From Chlorokybus atmophyticus (lineage: Eukaryota > Plantae > Mesostigma and Chlorokybus algae): DNA of 64,000 bases. Position numbers and translations under genes: made by a program. The notes beneath the pieces are model-generated. The model saw only the letters and a list, made by a program, of their open reading frames with translations, searched no databases and had not been told where the DNA came from. Where the stretch lies: contig RHPI01002090.1 in assembly GCA_009103225.1 (NCBI GenBank), positions 480,652 through 544,651 on the forward strand. The letters run 5' to 3'. Each line of letters starts with the position of its first letter. The stretch's first letter is position 1. Of this stretch, positions 1 to 12,127 are shown one piece after another.

Positions 1-112
1 AGCCAGCCCATGAACTCCCTTCCCCTCCCTCTCTCTCTTCCTCCCCCTCGTGCTCCTCTCCCTTGTGTTGGGGTTACCTGCTGTGTGTTAGGCCTATGGG
101 GCGCGCATCGAT

Positions 113-3027
113 GTGTCACGCTGCGCGGCGCTGGCTTTAGCGCGCATCCTGGCGTCTCCAGCCGAATCGGACGGCTGGAACTTGTGGCTGCTTTTGCCAC
201 GCCTTCTGCTGACGGCATGCCACGATCAAGACCAGAGACGCGTCAAGGCTACCGTCCGTGACCGTTGCCGGCGGTTTGAATCAGGCGACTGGGAAGGACT
301 GTGGGCCGATCGTACCGCAGCAGTTGCGGCTGCAGCAGCAACGCGCCGCATGTCGGCCGAAGCGGCGGCCAATCGTCGCCCATCTGACTGGAACGTTCGC
401 CGTGCCATCGCACTCGCCCACGCAGGCCAGCTGAGCAGAGCTGCCGCGGCACTGACTCCGTCCCCGCCAGCGCCAGCCGACGACGCAACAGTGGCCGTCT
501 CCATCCGGTCCCAGCTGCTCCTATACCTGCTTGGGTGCCTGATTTTGTGCCGGCCGAAGTGATCGAATTGTCCGCCACGAATTTGAGAGACAGTCTGCTC
601 ACGGCGCGCCGCCTCACTGCTCCTGGACCGTCCGGGTGGACGTACGAACACATGCGAGACATCCTATTGGCGGGCGCCGCGCACACGTCGACATGGCATC
701 AGTTCTATAACGTGTGTCAGCTGCTGGTGACCGGGTTGGTCCCAGCGTCGGTGGCGTCCGCTCTAGCCACGTCATCTTTATCAGCCCTTCGCAAAGACCC
801 GGCTTCGGCTGCCGCGGGTGTCCGTCCGATCGCAGTGGGAGATGTACTGCAGCGCCTGGTGGCGCGCTCTTTGCTGGCTCAAGACCGCCCGGCGTTAGCT
901 GTTTTCTTCGAGCCATGGCAGTATGCCGTGGCCACAAGATCTGGAGCTGAGCTCGTGGCGCACGGCCTACGCGTCTGGTCCGAGGCGCACCCGGACAACG
1001 TCATCTTGCAGCTGGATATCTCCAATGCCTTCAACACCGTTGATCGCGCAGTAATGTTTGCGGAGCTCCGAGATTCTCCCTTCGCGGGTTACATTCCATT
1101 TGTCAGGCTGTGGTACGGCACCCCGTCCAACTTGTGGTATCGGCGTGGCGCGGACGTCATTGCCATCCCGTCGTCGACGGGGACCAGACAAGGGGATCCA
1201 TTGGCGGGCTTTCTTTATGCTTTGGTGCACACCCGCGTGGTGGCCCGTGTGCTGCCAAATTACCGCTGCGCACGCGCTATCGCGTTCGCTGACGACACTT
1301 TCATGGTCGGCCCCCCTGACGAGGTGACAGCAGCATCACGTGCGTGCACAGCGGAGATGGCGTCCGTGGGCCTCCACGTCGCCCCCACCAAATCGGCCGC
1401 TTATAGCGCTGACGCGGCCGTCTTGCGTCTGCTCGAGGTGGAGGCCAGCGTTTCGCGTTGCAATGATGGCCTCATAGCACTGGGTGTGCCGCTTGGCACG
1501 GTATCTTTCGCGGAGGCGCATTGCCAGAAGACCTTGCAGGCTTTTGTGGACGATTTGCCGGCCATTCAGGCCTTGCCGGACACACAAGTGGCGGTGCTTC
1601 TGCTGACTAAGTGCGTGGCGGCGCGCCCGGGCTACCTCACACGTACGGTCGCCCCCTCACCGGCCTTCCGGTCGGCTTTGGCATCGTTTGACGGCGCGCT
1701 CCAAGGTGTGGTCCGAGCCCTGGTGCAGTCGCCCGCGTGGCCGGCGGTGTCGCACCGTGCTGAGCGCATCACGGCCCAGATCTTGCTGCCCATCCGATCG
1801 GGCGGTCTAGGGTTGCGCTGCAACTACCTGCATGCACCCGCGGCTTACATCGGCGGATGGGCCGCAGCGGCATGCCAACTGCGCCGCCGTTTCACCGCCC
1901 CTCCATCACCGCCTTTCGTCGACGCCATCGACAGCGCCGACGTAGGCATTTTGCCTTTTCAACGCGATCTGAGAGCTGCGACGCAGCTGCTGCCACCGTC
2001 GGCGCGCCACATAATTCCGCCTTTTTCGGCATTGGCGCGCGCGGAAGCGCGGAAGCTGCAGGAGGACATCTCCGCCACCGCCGACGCCGCGTTGGTCGAC
2101 CGATTCAATGCCACAGCGACTACCGCCGACAGGGCGCGGCGTCAATCAGCTTCGGGTGTCGGTGCTGGCGCGTGGCTGTCGGCCTTGCCACTTTTCCCGG
2201 CGCTACGCATTTCCGCCGACATCTTCCGGACCGCGCTCAGGACGCTGCTAGGCCTACCGCACCCACTGTTGGTCAACGTCGAGCACTGCTTGTGCGGGGG
2301 GCCGCTCACGGCTGAGGGCGCGCACCTACTCCGCTGCCCCTTGGGGAGGTGCCGCACGGCAACACATGACGCGTTGCGCGACGAGGTATATGGTGTGATG
2401 CGTGACGCAGGGTTTTCGGTCAGTAGAAAGCAGAGCGGGTTTATGCCGATACTGCCGGGTGAGACGAGGGGGAGAAGGGTGGACTTGGTGGCCTCCGAAC
2501 CCGGTCGAGATACGCGCATGCTTTTGGATGTCACAATCACCGCATGCGGCGAGCAACCGGGAGGCGCAGCGAAGGCGGCTGAGCAGGCAAAGCGGCGAAA
2601 ATACCACGATCACCCCGTCACCGACACATTTCATCCCCTCGCCGCCGAGACGCACGGCACCCTGGGCCAGAGTTTTCACGACGTCATCGACACATGCGCT
2701 AGGAGGGCACTGGCTGCACGTGACCTGCCATTGCGCAGGCTATCGGGCTACTTGGCTCTGTACCGGCAGCGCGTGTCTTGCGCGCTGCAGCGCGCCCAGG
2801 GCATCACCATCCTGGAGCGGGGGGCGGCAGTCGTTGCGGCAGTACCAGGCTGGGGCCCGGTCCAGACGGCGGCGCCAACGGCGGAAGCGAACGATGTGCT
2901 GGCAGCTGCGGCAGTGTAGTTGTGTAGGCGTGCCTGCATGCCGCTGGCATGCGTGTGAGTATGCTTGTGCAGAAAATAGGCAGGGTTGACAGTACATAGC
3001 TTGGTGTGACGATGTCGCTATTAGTGT
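113..3027 (+). mobile_element. CRE-like non-LTR retrotransposon (RT + CCHC + restriction-like endonuclease), probably 5'-truncated, one frameshift near 497
   Basis: ORF 113-562 has the pre-RT motifs (WLLLPRLLL..RF..GDW..LW; RAIALAHAGQLSRAAAAL). ORF 535-2919 has GPSGW, RPIAVG, QYAV, LDISNAFN, QGDPL, FADD, LGVPLG, then CLC..H...C, HD, and an RLE (RVDLV..LLDVT..KRRKY..PLAAETHG). The LHP motif at ~499-507 is in the second frame, so the two ORFs are one broken ORF. The 3'UTR to ~3027 matches the copy at 61426-61532. Confidence 0.9.
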
Positions 3028-3279
3028 ATGAGAGAGTTAGGCATGGACAGAACCCGGACCCTCTTGTGTATTGCGTGTAATCGATATGAGTTGTGCTCTC
3101 CCTCCTCCGCCTCTCTCTCCCTCCGCTCTTCCTTCTCTTCGCTGCGACTCGCAACCCTCGGTGCTGCTGATGTGGCAGGGCCCCTCTGCCCAGCCCCTCT
3201 GCCCTGCCTCCCTCTGGCACACGCATGCAAGGTGACTGCCAGCACTGATAGCCCTGCGTTGCGCAGTGTCGCTGCTGAC

Positions 3280-3665
3280 GGTTAGGTGTCGGTGGTGGGG
3301 TTGGGTGGTGGGGTTGGTGTCCTTCCTCCGCACGGGCACGCTGTGTTACCAACAGCCTGCTGCCCATGCAGTGCATCTGTCGCTCATCACCGGTAATGCT
3401 GCAAGTACTTGACCACCATCATGTACAGCATTGGTGCCGTGCAGTAGACGTATGCATCTGTCTTGAACATTTTTTGTTGCAGCGTCGCCAAAAGCTTTTT
3501 CAGCAAATGGCCGTCGGCATGCATGGCGTGCAGTAAGTCCGCCATGGCCGTGATGAAATGCGCCATGTACGTACACAGGCGTACAAACCGTGTGTACTGT
3601 GACTCGACCACACCAAGCTTCACGCTGTGTTTGTGTGTTGCCCGCGCAGCCCGCTGAACCACATA
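3280..3665 (-). mobile_element. Penelope-like element remnant (RT thumb C-terminus and 3' end)
   Basis: Minus frame VKLGVVESQYTRFVRLCTYMAHFITAMADLLHAMHADGHLLKKLL is homologous to the longer copy at 61653-62240. The GGT-rich 3' flank (ggttaggtg..ggggttgggtggtggggttgg) is shared too. Confidence 0.7.
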
Positions 3666-3809
3666 AGAACTGCTTGCCTTCGAGGTGCACAGATTGATCC
3701 TTATCCCTTCCCCCCCCCCCCCCCCCCCCCCCCCNTGCAATGGCTCCTCTTGCATGACATCACTTGATTGGTGTGGGTTACGCCAATGCTTGTAGATGAA
3801 TCTCACTTG

Positions 3810-4692
3810 AAAACTTAATCACGACGCTTAGCGAAGCAAGGTGTATGACATCATGACGTCATGAGAGGTGGGCTTTATAGTCTGGTGCGAGCAATCCGGT
3901 TTCATCTTGATCCCCTGAAGAAACACGTGATCATCGAACCGACTTGGTGGCGTGAGGGCATGGTCGGGATTGGTACATGCTTCCAATTATGATGATCACA
4001 GGGTATGGTGAACGCACGGGAGTGGCCGCACGTCCATCGAAGCGGGGCATGTGGTGGAAGTACTACGCTCACCCGCCGGGTAATACCTTTTCCCCAATGG
4101 CAGTGGAGACCAACGGTACTGTGGGTAACAACTTCTACAAGCTCCTTACTATATGCGCGTAAGACTTGTTCGGGCGAGCGCTGCCTCGGTGCCGGTTAAG
4201 CGGCGGTGTTGCGCTGTTGCGCCCACAATTGGCGTGCATAGCAGCGAGCGCAATCGTGGCGATTTTTAATAAGAAGCGACAGCGATGGTGGAGGCGATGC
4301 TTAAATGGGGTCTCCTGCACACAATGCCGCTGCTGTGTGGAGGAAGACGTGGCGTATGTTGAGGTGGTGTGAGCGCAGCATAGCTGGGCTTGTGCCACCT
4401 GGAGTCTAGTGCTAAGTCTGTGCGCATAAGACTTGTTTGGGCGAGCGCTGCCTCGGTGCCGGTTGAGCAAGTGTGTTGCGCTGTTGCGCCCACAATTGGC
4501 GTGCATAGCAGCGAGCGCAATCGTGGCGATTTGTAATGAGAAGGGACAGCAATGGTGGAGGCGATGCTTAAATGGGGGACCCCTGCACCCAATGCCGCTG
4601 CTAATAGAGGAAGTCGTGGCGTATGTTGAGGTGGTGTGAGCGCAGCATAGCTGGGCTTGTGCCACTTGGAGTCTAGTGCTAAGTCTGTGCGC
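3810..4692 (+). mobile_element. Older, degenerate CRE-like 3' fragment (RLE region) with its last ~267 bp tandemly duplicated
   Basis: Translation with stops: NHDA*RSKVYDIM..EVGFIVWCEQSGF..RTDLVA..KYYAHPPGNTFSPMAVETNGTVG..QRAQ. This aligns with THDALRDEVYGVMRDAGF..KQSGF..RVDLVA..KYHDHPVTDTFHPLAAETHGTLG..QRAQ of the 535-2919 ORF. Confidence 0.75.
4157..4692 (+). repeat. Tandem duplication, 2 x ~267 bp
   Basis: taagacttgtt(c/t)gggcgagcgctgcctcggtgccgg recurs with 267-bp spacing (ORF starts 4166 and 4433). Both units end in gagtctagtgctaagtctgtgcgc. Confidence 0.9.
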
Positions 4693-5874
4693 TTTGTGGT
4701 GTGTGAGTAGGCATGGTAGCGGATTTGGACAATGGGGTTTCGTATGTGTATTGCATTAGACATTGCAACAATGGAACAATAAGCGGGATGCGACAACGCA
4801 TGCCAACACTACAGGATCGCAAGGAGTTGAACCCAAGCCAAAATGCTTTCGCCCAAACTTAGCTTGGGAAGACATATATGTTGCTTATCATGCAAAGATA
4901 TGAGCAGCCCTTAAGTGCCCATAGTAATTAACAATTTTCACATGTTATCTTAGCGGCCACCTATTAAAAGCTAATCGTCAACCACTTAATAAGCATAGGC
5001 CATTGCGTTAATGCCATCACACATAACATGCTTTGCATTGCATCAATTGATGGCCACTGAAGGTTATTCACCGTAGAAAAGCAGATTGTCACAATACGGT
5101 ACCCGCCATTATGGCAAGGTTGGCATTGGGCTTAGGGAAGGCTGCATCGGTGCATGGTTAACATCAAAGCCGGATGAGTGACATCATCCACATCACGTGG
5201 GGTGCCGACAAATACCTGTGACATGTATGTACATGTGGGTAGTGTTAGATGCATGTTATATACAACACATGCAGTATCAGACTGATGCAATACAATGGAG
5301 GTTTGTAGCACATCTTGGGCAAGTGTACAGATACGTAGCATTGCGTTCTATGACAACTATAAGCGTGTATAGCAATGGAATGCTCTTTTATGGCAGAAAG
5401 CCACCGGGCAAGATTATCTTACTCTGTGCTCACTTACAACACAAAAAACGTTCAAATTAATTGCTACATAAGCTTTTTGATGGGTGTGATGCAAGTGTGC
5501 TCACACGCAAGCTAAAACAAGCAAACACACACTAACACAAGCACACACAAGCCAAGCACAAGTACACGTACACGTACACACGAGTACACTCATCCATGCA
5601 CGCACAGTACAGAAGCAATGAAGCGGTATGGTTTACAATCACACGCACACAGCCTCACCGTGCATGCCCAAGATAGGCACGCTCAACTACATGTAATAAC
5701 CACAAAAATTTCAACAACTCAAGACTTCTGTTCAAATGGTGCAATTTGCACAATAAAGCACTTGCTTATGTACTTACAGATTCAACACTCTCAGCTCCGT
5801 TAAACATGACATTGCTAACCACATCATATGCCAATTACCGTGTCTATATATACCGTGTATACTCGTACAGAGGC

Positions 5875-6940
5875 TCCCCCCCCCCCCNNNNNNNNNNNNN
5901 NNNNNNNNGGGGGGGGGGGGGGGGGGCATCCTCTCGGATGGGGGTTTCACTTTGTGGATGGGGGTAGTAGTCGGACGAACATGAGGTTGCGTGCGCGCCG
6001 AATGAGCTCAGGCAGTTGATATTGGGCTGCCGTCGGGCCGTCGAGCCGTTGGGGGCATGCAGCGCTGATATACAGCGCCTAAGAGCTAGATATCAGTGCA
6101 AAATTATTATGTATCAGCGTTCAAGTGCTAAATATCATCCATTAAACGCTGGATATCAGCACTTATGCAGGGCCGGCAAGGTGCGGGGGAGAGGGGTTGT
6201 ATACGCGAGGGGGGGAAAAGGGGGGGGGNNNNNNNNNNNNNNNNNNNNNNNNNNNNNNNNNNNNNNNNNNNNNNNNNNNNNNNNNNNNNNNNNNNNNNNN
6301 NNNNNNNNNNNNNNNNNNNNNNNNNNNNNNNNNNNNNNNNNNNNNNNNNNNNNNNNNNNNNNNNNNNNNNNNNNNNNNNNNNNNNNNNNNNNNNNNNNNN
6401 NNNNNNNNNNNNNNNNNNNNNNNNNNNNNNNNNNNNNNNNNNNNNNNNNNNNNNNNNNNNNNNNNNNNNNNNNNNNNNNNNNNNNNNNNNNNNNNNNNNN
6501 NNNNNNNNNNNNNNNNNNNNNNNNNNNNNNNNNNNNNNNNNNNNNNNNNNNNNNNNNNNNNNNNNNNNNNNNNNNNNNNNNNNNNNNNNNNNNNNNNNNN
6601 NNNNNNNNNNNNNNNNNNNNNNNNNNNNNNNNNNNNNNNNNNNNNNNNNNNNNNNNNNNNNNNNNNNNNNNNNNNNNNNNNNNNNNNNNNNNNNNNNNNN
6701 NNNNNNNNNNNNNNNNNNNNNNNNNNNNNNNNNNNNNNNNNNNNNNNNNNNNNNNNNNNNNNNNNNNNNNNNNNNNNNNNNNNNNNNNNNNNNNNNNNNN
6801 NNNNNNNNNNNNNNNNNNNNNNNNNNNNNNNNNNNNNNNNNNNNNNNNNNNNNNNNNNNNNNNNNNNNNNNNNNNNNNNNNNNNNNNNNNNNNNNNNNNN
6901 NNNNNNNNNNNNNNNNNNNNNNNNNNNNNNNNNGGGGGGG
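5875..6940. other. Assembly gaps (N runs) flanked by poly-G/poly-C; similar gap at 12512-12650 and poly-G run at 26358-26491
   Basis: N runs and homopolymers are seen directly; the long X/G/P ORFs there are artefacts. Confidence 0.95.
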
Positions 6941-8011
6941 CTTTACATGTTCATAGCACCCCTTTCAACAAACTTAAAGGGGGTATTCTAATAGTGGGGC
7001 TTTCAACCGAGTAAATACGGTAGCACCGCGGGGATTGCCACAAAAAAATATTTGCACGATGGCATTAACAACATTTCATGCAGCACGGCTTTACAACAAT
7101 GAAAACTCTGCCCTACACACCTCACCAACCTTGTGAAAGTTGAGGCATTGCAACCTGCTGAGACTACCTAGCTTACCGAAAAGACCACTTGCGTGTGCAT
7201 AACTGATGCATAGAAACTAGACTTGCCGCTTATTATCCAACCCTTGAAGGCAACACTACTGCAATGCGCAAGTTTCCAGATGCTACTCACTTCTCCTAGT
7301 GTACCAGCACTGTGCCACAAACAGTCATCAACCTACTCCAATCGAATGCACCTAAACTACACAACACCGAGCCACGACACAAGAGCAGCATCTCAACATG
7401 GGCACCTTACCATGATAAAACTGCAACCAACTATTTCGCGCCTATACAGCGACCACACTGAGCTTGCAAAAGCCTAAGGGATTGCAACGTGCTGCGACCC
7501 GGCTTGCACAACAAACCACCTCGCATGTGCAAGTGCATAGTAATAAGCACCTACACTATATACGAGTTTTAAATCTGAACTGGTATGCACAATATTACTA
7601 GACAGCCATGCAGGCTACCTAGTGCGCCTAGCAGTAGAATGCAAGAAACAACCAGAATGCACTGCACGCAAGTTCCTGCAGGACTCCACCAAGCACTACT
7701 ACTGTACTGCACGTACAGCTGGTGCATCAGCAGACCAAGCCAAACTCACACCTGGGAAACGGAGGGCTCAACCAGGATGGCAATGCCAGCCGTGCTTCAA
7801 GCACTGCCACCTTCATCACGTGGCATAAACATTGTCCATGCGTTGCATGCCTTCTGATATCTCATCCTCATTGAGCACATCTTGACCCTGTATCACCCAA
7901 GACCACGTAAGAGACACTCGAAGTCAACAAAGCATGCATTCTTTAGTCGCTATGCGTAGAGGTTCATTCTCAATGGTAGTGCAATGCGGAGACACCTGAA
8001 AATCGTATACG

Positions 8012-10589
8012 TTAAGTTGACATAGCTACCTTCATGAACATGTTGAAAATATCATCTGCGGAGGCTCCGGGATCCCCTTCTGCCTTAATGCTTGACGTAG
8101 GTTGCAAAGTGCCACCGGACATAGCTGTTCTGTCAGATGAAAAGCTGTGCACATCCAGATCGCTGGGGGGGGTGTACTGCACAAGCCCTTGCGTACTGAA
8201 GTTACCAGAGTAGTTTGGTTGATTGAAGTTGATGACATCACCGCACATGCTCTCCAACACACCCATCCCGCTGCTCTCTGCCATGTTGCTCCTGAGCAAA
8301 GCTTCGCCTGCCAAGCCAGCCATGCCAGTGCCAGCAGAACTGGTTGCTCTCAGTTGTTGTGCAAGGGCTTCACTGTGCAGCATGCCTGTGTTCATCATCC
8401 CAGGGAACCCGCCCAAGTTGGTAGAAGACGCGCCGGGCGGCATGTAAATGTTGTTTGGCGTGCCAAAGTTGCCTTGGACGCCAAGTTGTTGTAGAGCTAG
8501 CAAACTGTTGTTCCCAAGCCCCGCTGTGAAGGGCAATTCCTGCGGTTGCTGGTGCTGCGGAGGAAGCTGATGCTGTGGCAAAAACCCACCCAATCCAGGC
8601 ATTGACCCTGAGAAATAGTTTCCACCAGGGTTCAGGCCTCCAGCTCCACCCAGAAGCACATTTCGCGCGTTAAGGTTGCCTTGCGCAGCAACCGCTTGCA
8701 ACTTTGCAAGGTTATTCATCAACCCTGGGTCCATCCCTGACAAGCCAGGCATCTGCGGTGATGCCAGCCCTGGCATTGGTGGCTGCGTTAGGCCCATAGA
8801 GCTTGCCAAGGCTGCTGCATCACTTGGATTTGGAAACTTGGATGCGTTCTGATGGACGCCGCTCAAGCGCTTCAGATAAAGGCGGTACTTCTGCAGACAC
8901 AGACCCGATGAGCACTGTGCTCAACTCCGAAATCAAGCAATTCTAGCATCGTGTAAGGACACTACCTGTAGGTGGCTGGCAACATTTTCACGAGTCAATC
9001 CTTGCACGTTCATCAAGTCCAATATTCGCTTGGGGACGGCCTCTGACGAAAATGCAAAGTGAGTGTGTTTCGACAAGAAAAGCCATAGGCTGTTTTTATG
9101 GCGATGATACACGCAATGGAATTCAACAAGGAACGTACTGTCAATGCCGAGTTGATTAACGGCGTTAACAAATTGCTGATGAAGCTCCACAGACCACACA
9201 ACACGCGGCTTCTTCAGTGTGCCCAGCTCGTCTCGTTCTTCGTCTTCTTCATCACCAGGCTTTCGCTTTTTCTCTGCACCACCCTTTTGCCAGGCGTCAT
9301 GATCATCTGTCGTGGGCTCTGAGGTGTCGTCATCTGCTGTACTCTTGCCATCCTTGTCTCCCCCTTTACTTTCGGAAGTTTCCAAATCTTTGATGGGCTG
9401 CGTGCCAGTTTAGTTGAGGTAAGTGCAACATCGCAGCGCCGTCCACAAGCACCAAGAGCAAGCAGCAAACTTAGCACCAAAGCAACAAAACCTACCTCAC
9501 GGGTCTTGCGCACTACATGTTGCCAGATGTTGCGCAGCTCTTCCATCCGGATGGGTTTAAGAAGGTAATCAACAGCGCCGCTTTGTATGCCTTTCATGAC
9601 AGTGTGCGTCTCCCCATTTGCAGACATCACTACACAACATTACATCTCACTGATTAGCAACAGGCAAGCGAGAACCGAATCGTTGGTAGTGCCTGAACTG
9701 ACCGGTCCCAACTGACAGTTGGGGATGCAACAGCAACTTACTGATAACAGGGATGTTCATCTCAAGACCAATAAGCTCCATCAACTTGAAACCATCCATA
9801 TCCGGCATGTACACGTCGCTCAGAACAATGTCAAACTTCTCGCGGTTTTCACGCAGAACTGACAACGCAGTTGCCGCACGCCCGCATGTAGTAACTGCAA
9901 GAAGGCGCTGCTTTAGTGTTGGTTATACCTTGAGGCCACCAAGTGCAGTGATCTACGTGTTGGGCATCACCAACGAAAAAGCATGACATGCAACGGGTGA
10001 TGGAGGAAGCAGCCCTATGCAGCTACAAGCAAGCAGCTCGCAACTACAGTGCTGCAACATGCGACAACTTCCTGACTGATTGACACAGGCAGCCTAGCTG
10101 CATGCATAATCACTGGGAAAACTTGAGCAGCACAGACTGGCATTTCAGGATTCGTCATGCGTGCTGCACGAGCAGCCTGAACGACCACGGCAAGTGCTAC
10201 CAAGCGATGTACGTACACACTGCCGTGACATGACGTGCACTAGCAAAACACTCTCAGGGCAACTTGAACGGCGACGAAATACTCGGAAACAGGCGTCAAG
10301 CCCATACGTGCGTCATATGACTGCAAATAGCTAACCAGTCTTATTTACTTGTGGTGCCATTACGGCCCAATAGGTGCAAGCAGCGAACGCAGGGCGATCA
10401 AGTACATGGCCAGAACCATGCACGACAGCAGGCAACCAAAGACATGCAGCATGGCTTGCCTGTATAAAGGCAGCGGCGCAGCATGCGCTCCACAATCATG
10501 AGGCATAGAGGGTCGTCATCCACAACGAGGACCCTCAGTCCCGCAGGAAACTGCTGCTGCCTATCCCGAACTTCGCCTTCGGGAGGCAT
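8012..10589 (-). CDS. Type-B response regulator (receiver domain + GARP/Myb-like B-motif + P/Q/G-rich C-terminus), 6 exons assembled
   Basis: Exons 10589-10460, 9894-9742, 9629-9496, 9397-9139, 9042-8966, 8890-8012 give [118 protein letters not shown]. The exact C-terminus is uncertain (AAG|GTAGCT near 8030 could be a donor). Confidence 0.93.
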
Positions 10590-12006
10590 GGCGACGTTGT
10601 GACACGTCCGGGCCTCAAGGGCCGCCTCGCGCTATGCGCAGCAAACCTCGCCCCCACCGCTCACCCACCCCGCCAGCGCCGCCGATCCCCGTATTGTTCC
10701 CGCCAGGGGCCCACAGGCGTGTTGTCGACGACCGCTCCACACTGTTAGGCCACCCGCACACCAACCGCGGCCCACTTCCCCGCAAGCTCCGCCAAGATGG
10801 CCACCAGCCCTAACCTATCCTCGCCCAAGGCACTTCCGACCCTCTCCGCGTCCTCCTCCTCGTCGCCGTCGTGGTCCCACACCTCCTCGCCGTCGTCGGC
10901 GGCCGCACCTACCGCCACTTTCTCCACCAGTAGTAATAGTGCAGCGGTAGCTGAGACGGTAGGGCAGCGTCAGTTCCCGCGGTCCACCCGTTTCTCAGTG
11001 CCGGCTGCGATACCCTACCGCGGGGCATCAGTGCTTCCCGCTTCAGGCCCTAAACCATCCCGCGAGAACCCCGTGTTTCCTGGTTATTTTGGTGGTTTTT
11101 CCATCGACACGCACACTTTCCCGCCGCAGGCTGCTGTAGGACCTAGAGCCTATTGGCGGCGCGCAGTCAAGGCTGCCCGCCCCGCCTGCCACCCGCCAAT
11201 CTAGGCTGCGCCCTCAGGACTTCGCGCTTCTGGCTGTGCGCCTGCGGCCAAGCCCCTCTTCTGAACTTGGCTGCAAGCTGTCACGGGGCTGCGGTTACAT
11301 GGACACCTTTCCTGGTTAACCATTACGTCCGGCGCAATCTGATGCAGCCAGCCTGGCCGCAAGCCCAGAAGACCAATGTCAACCGGTTGCGACCGGACTG
11401 CACTATCCGAATGACAGAGGTCCCAGACGGTCAGAGCTGCGCAGGCTGGCGGACATGCGGTGCTTATCGGACCAGGATGGTCCGGACCGTACTGCGTGTG
11501 TCGGCCATATGTTTGTACACGGTTAGTGCCGTGCGGCACGCCACCCTCGCAGCAGCAATGTCAACCGTGACTTGTACAAGCCGCGTCTTGCTACGAATAG
11601 CACACTTGGCCTCAATGCATTGCTGCTAAATGACGCGGAGCCCTTGTTACCGCAGTCATCAGTTACACCACTCATGGCAGTAACAGCGAGTCCTTGTCAC
11701 TAAAGATGACTCTATTACTGACGGACTCACTGGTGTCAGAGGGCCAACGGAACGGTGCGGGTTCATAGCGGTTGTCGTGACTCGTTGCTGGGTCCAGCAT
11801 CAGGCTCCATGGTTGGGGGGCCGTTAAGTTAGGGCCCCAAGTGCTGGGGCCGTAATCTAACGGAAACCACAACGACGCCGTTATACTTCATGACCCCACA
11901 TGATGTGGGCCACCGCCAGTGCTTACCTGTATTAACGGTATCGTGGTATTCCTTACTAACAGAAAGTTATTGTCATGATTCATGACTCAAGCCACAGGAC
12001 CAGTCT

Positions 12007-12127
12007 GGGTCGGGCCCAGACCGTTTGGGCCGGGCCCCAGACCGTCTCCCAGAGCCTGCGAGGGTCGGGCCCAGACCGTTTGGGCCGGGCCCCAGACCGT
12101 CTCCCAGAGCCTGCTAGGGTCTGGCCC
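12007..12127 (+). repeat. 55-bp tandem repeat (2 copies + partial) rich in GGCCCA/TGGGCC
   Basis: gggtcgggcccagaccgtttgggccgggccccagaccgtctcccagagcctgc at 12007 and 12062, partial at 12117. Confidence 0.85.

Noticed and set aside
3910-3945. CTGAAGA...CGAA as a hammerhead ribozyme core next to the PLE remnant
   Set aside because: No GAAA or stem II, wrong strand for the PLE, and the region translates as CRE RLE remnant.
6016-7014. Long ORFs of X, G or P at 6.0-7.0, 12.4-12.8 and 26.2-26.6 kb
   Set aside because: Artefacts of N gaps and homopolymer runs.
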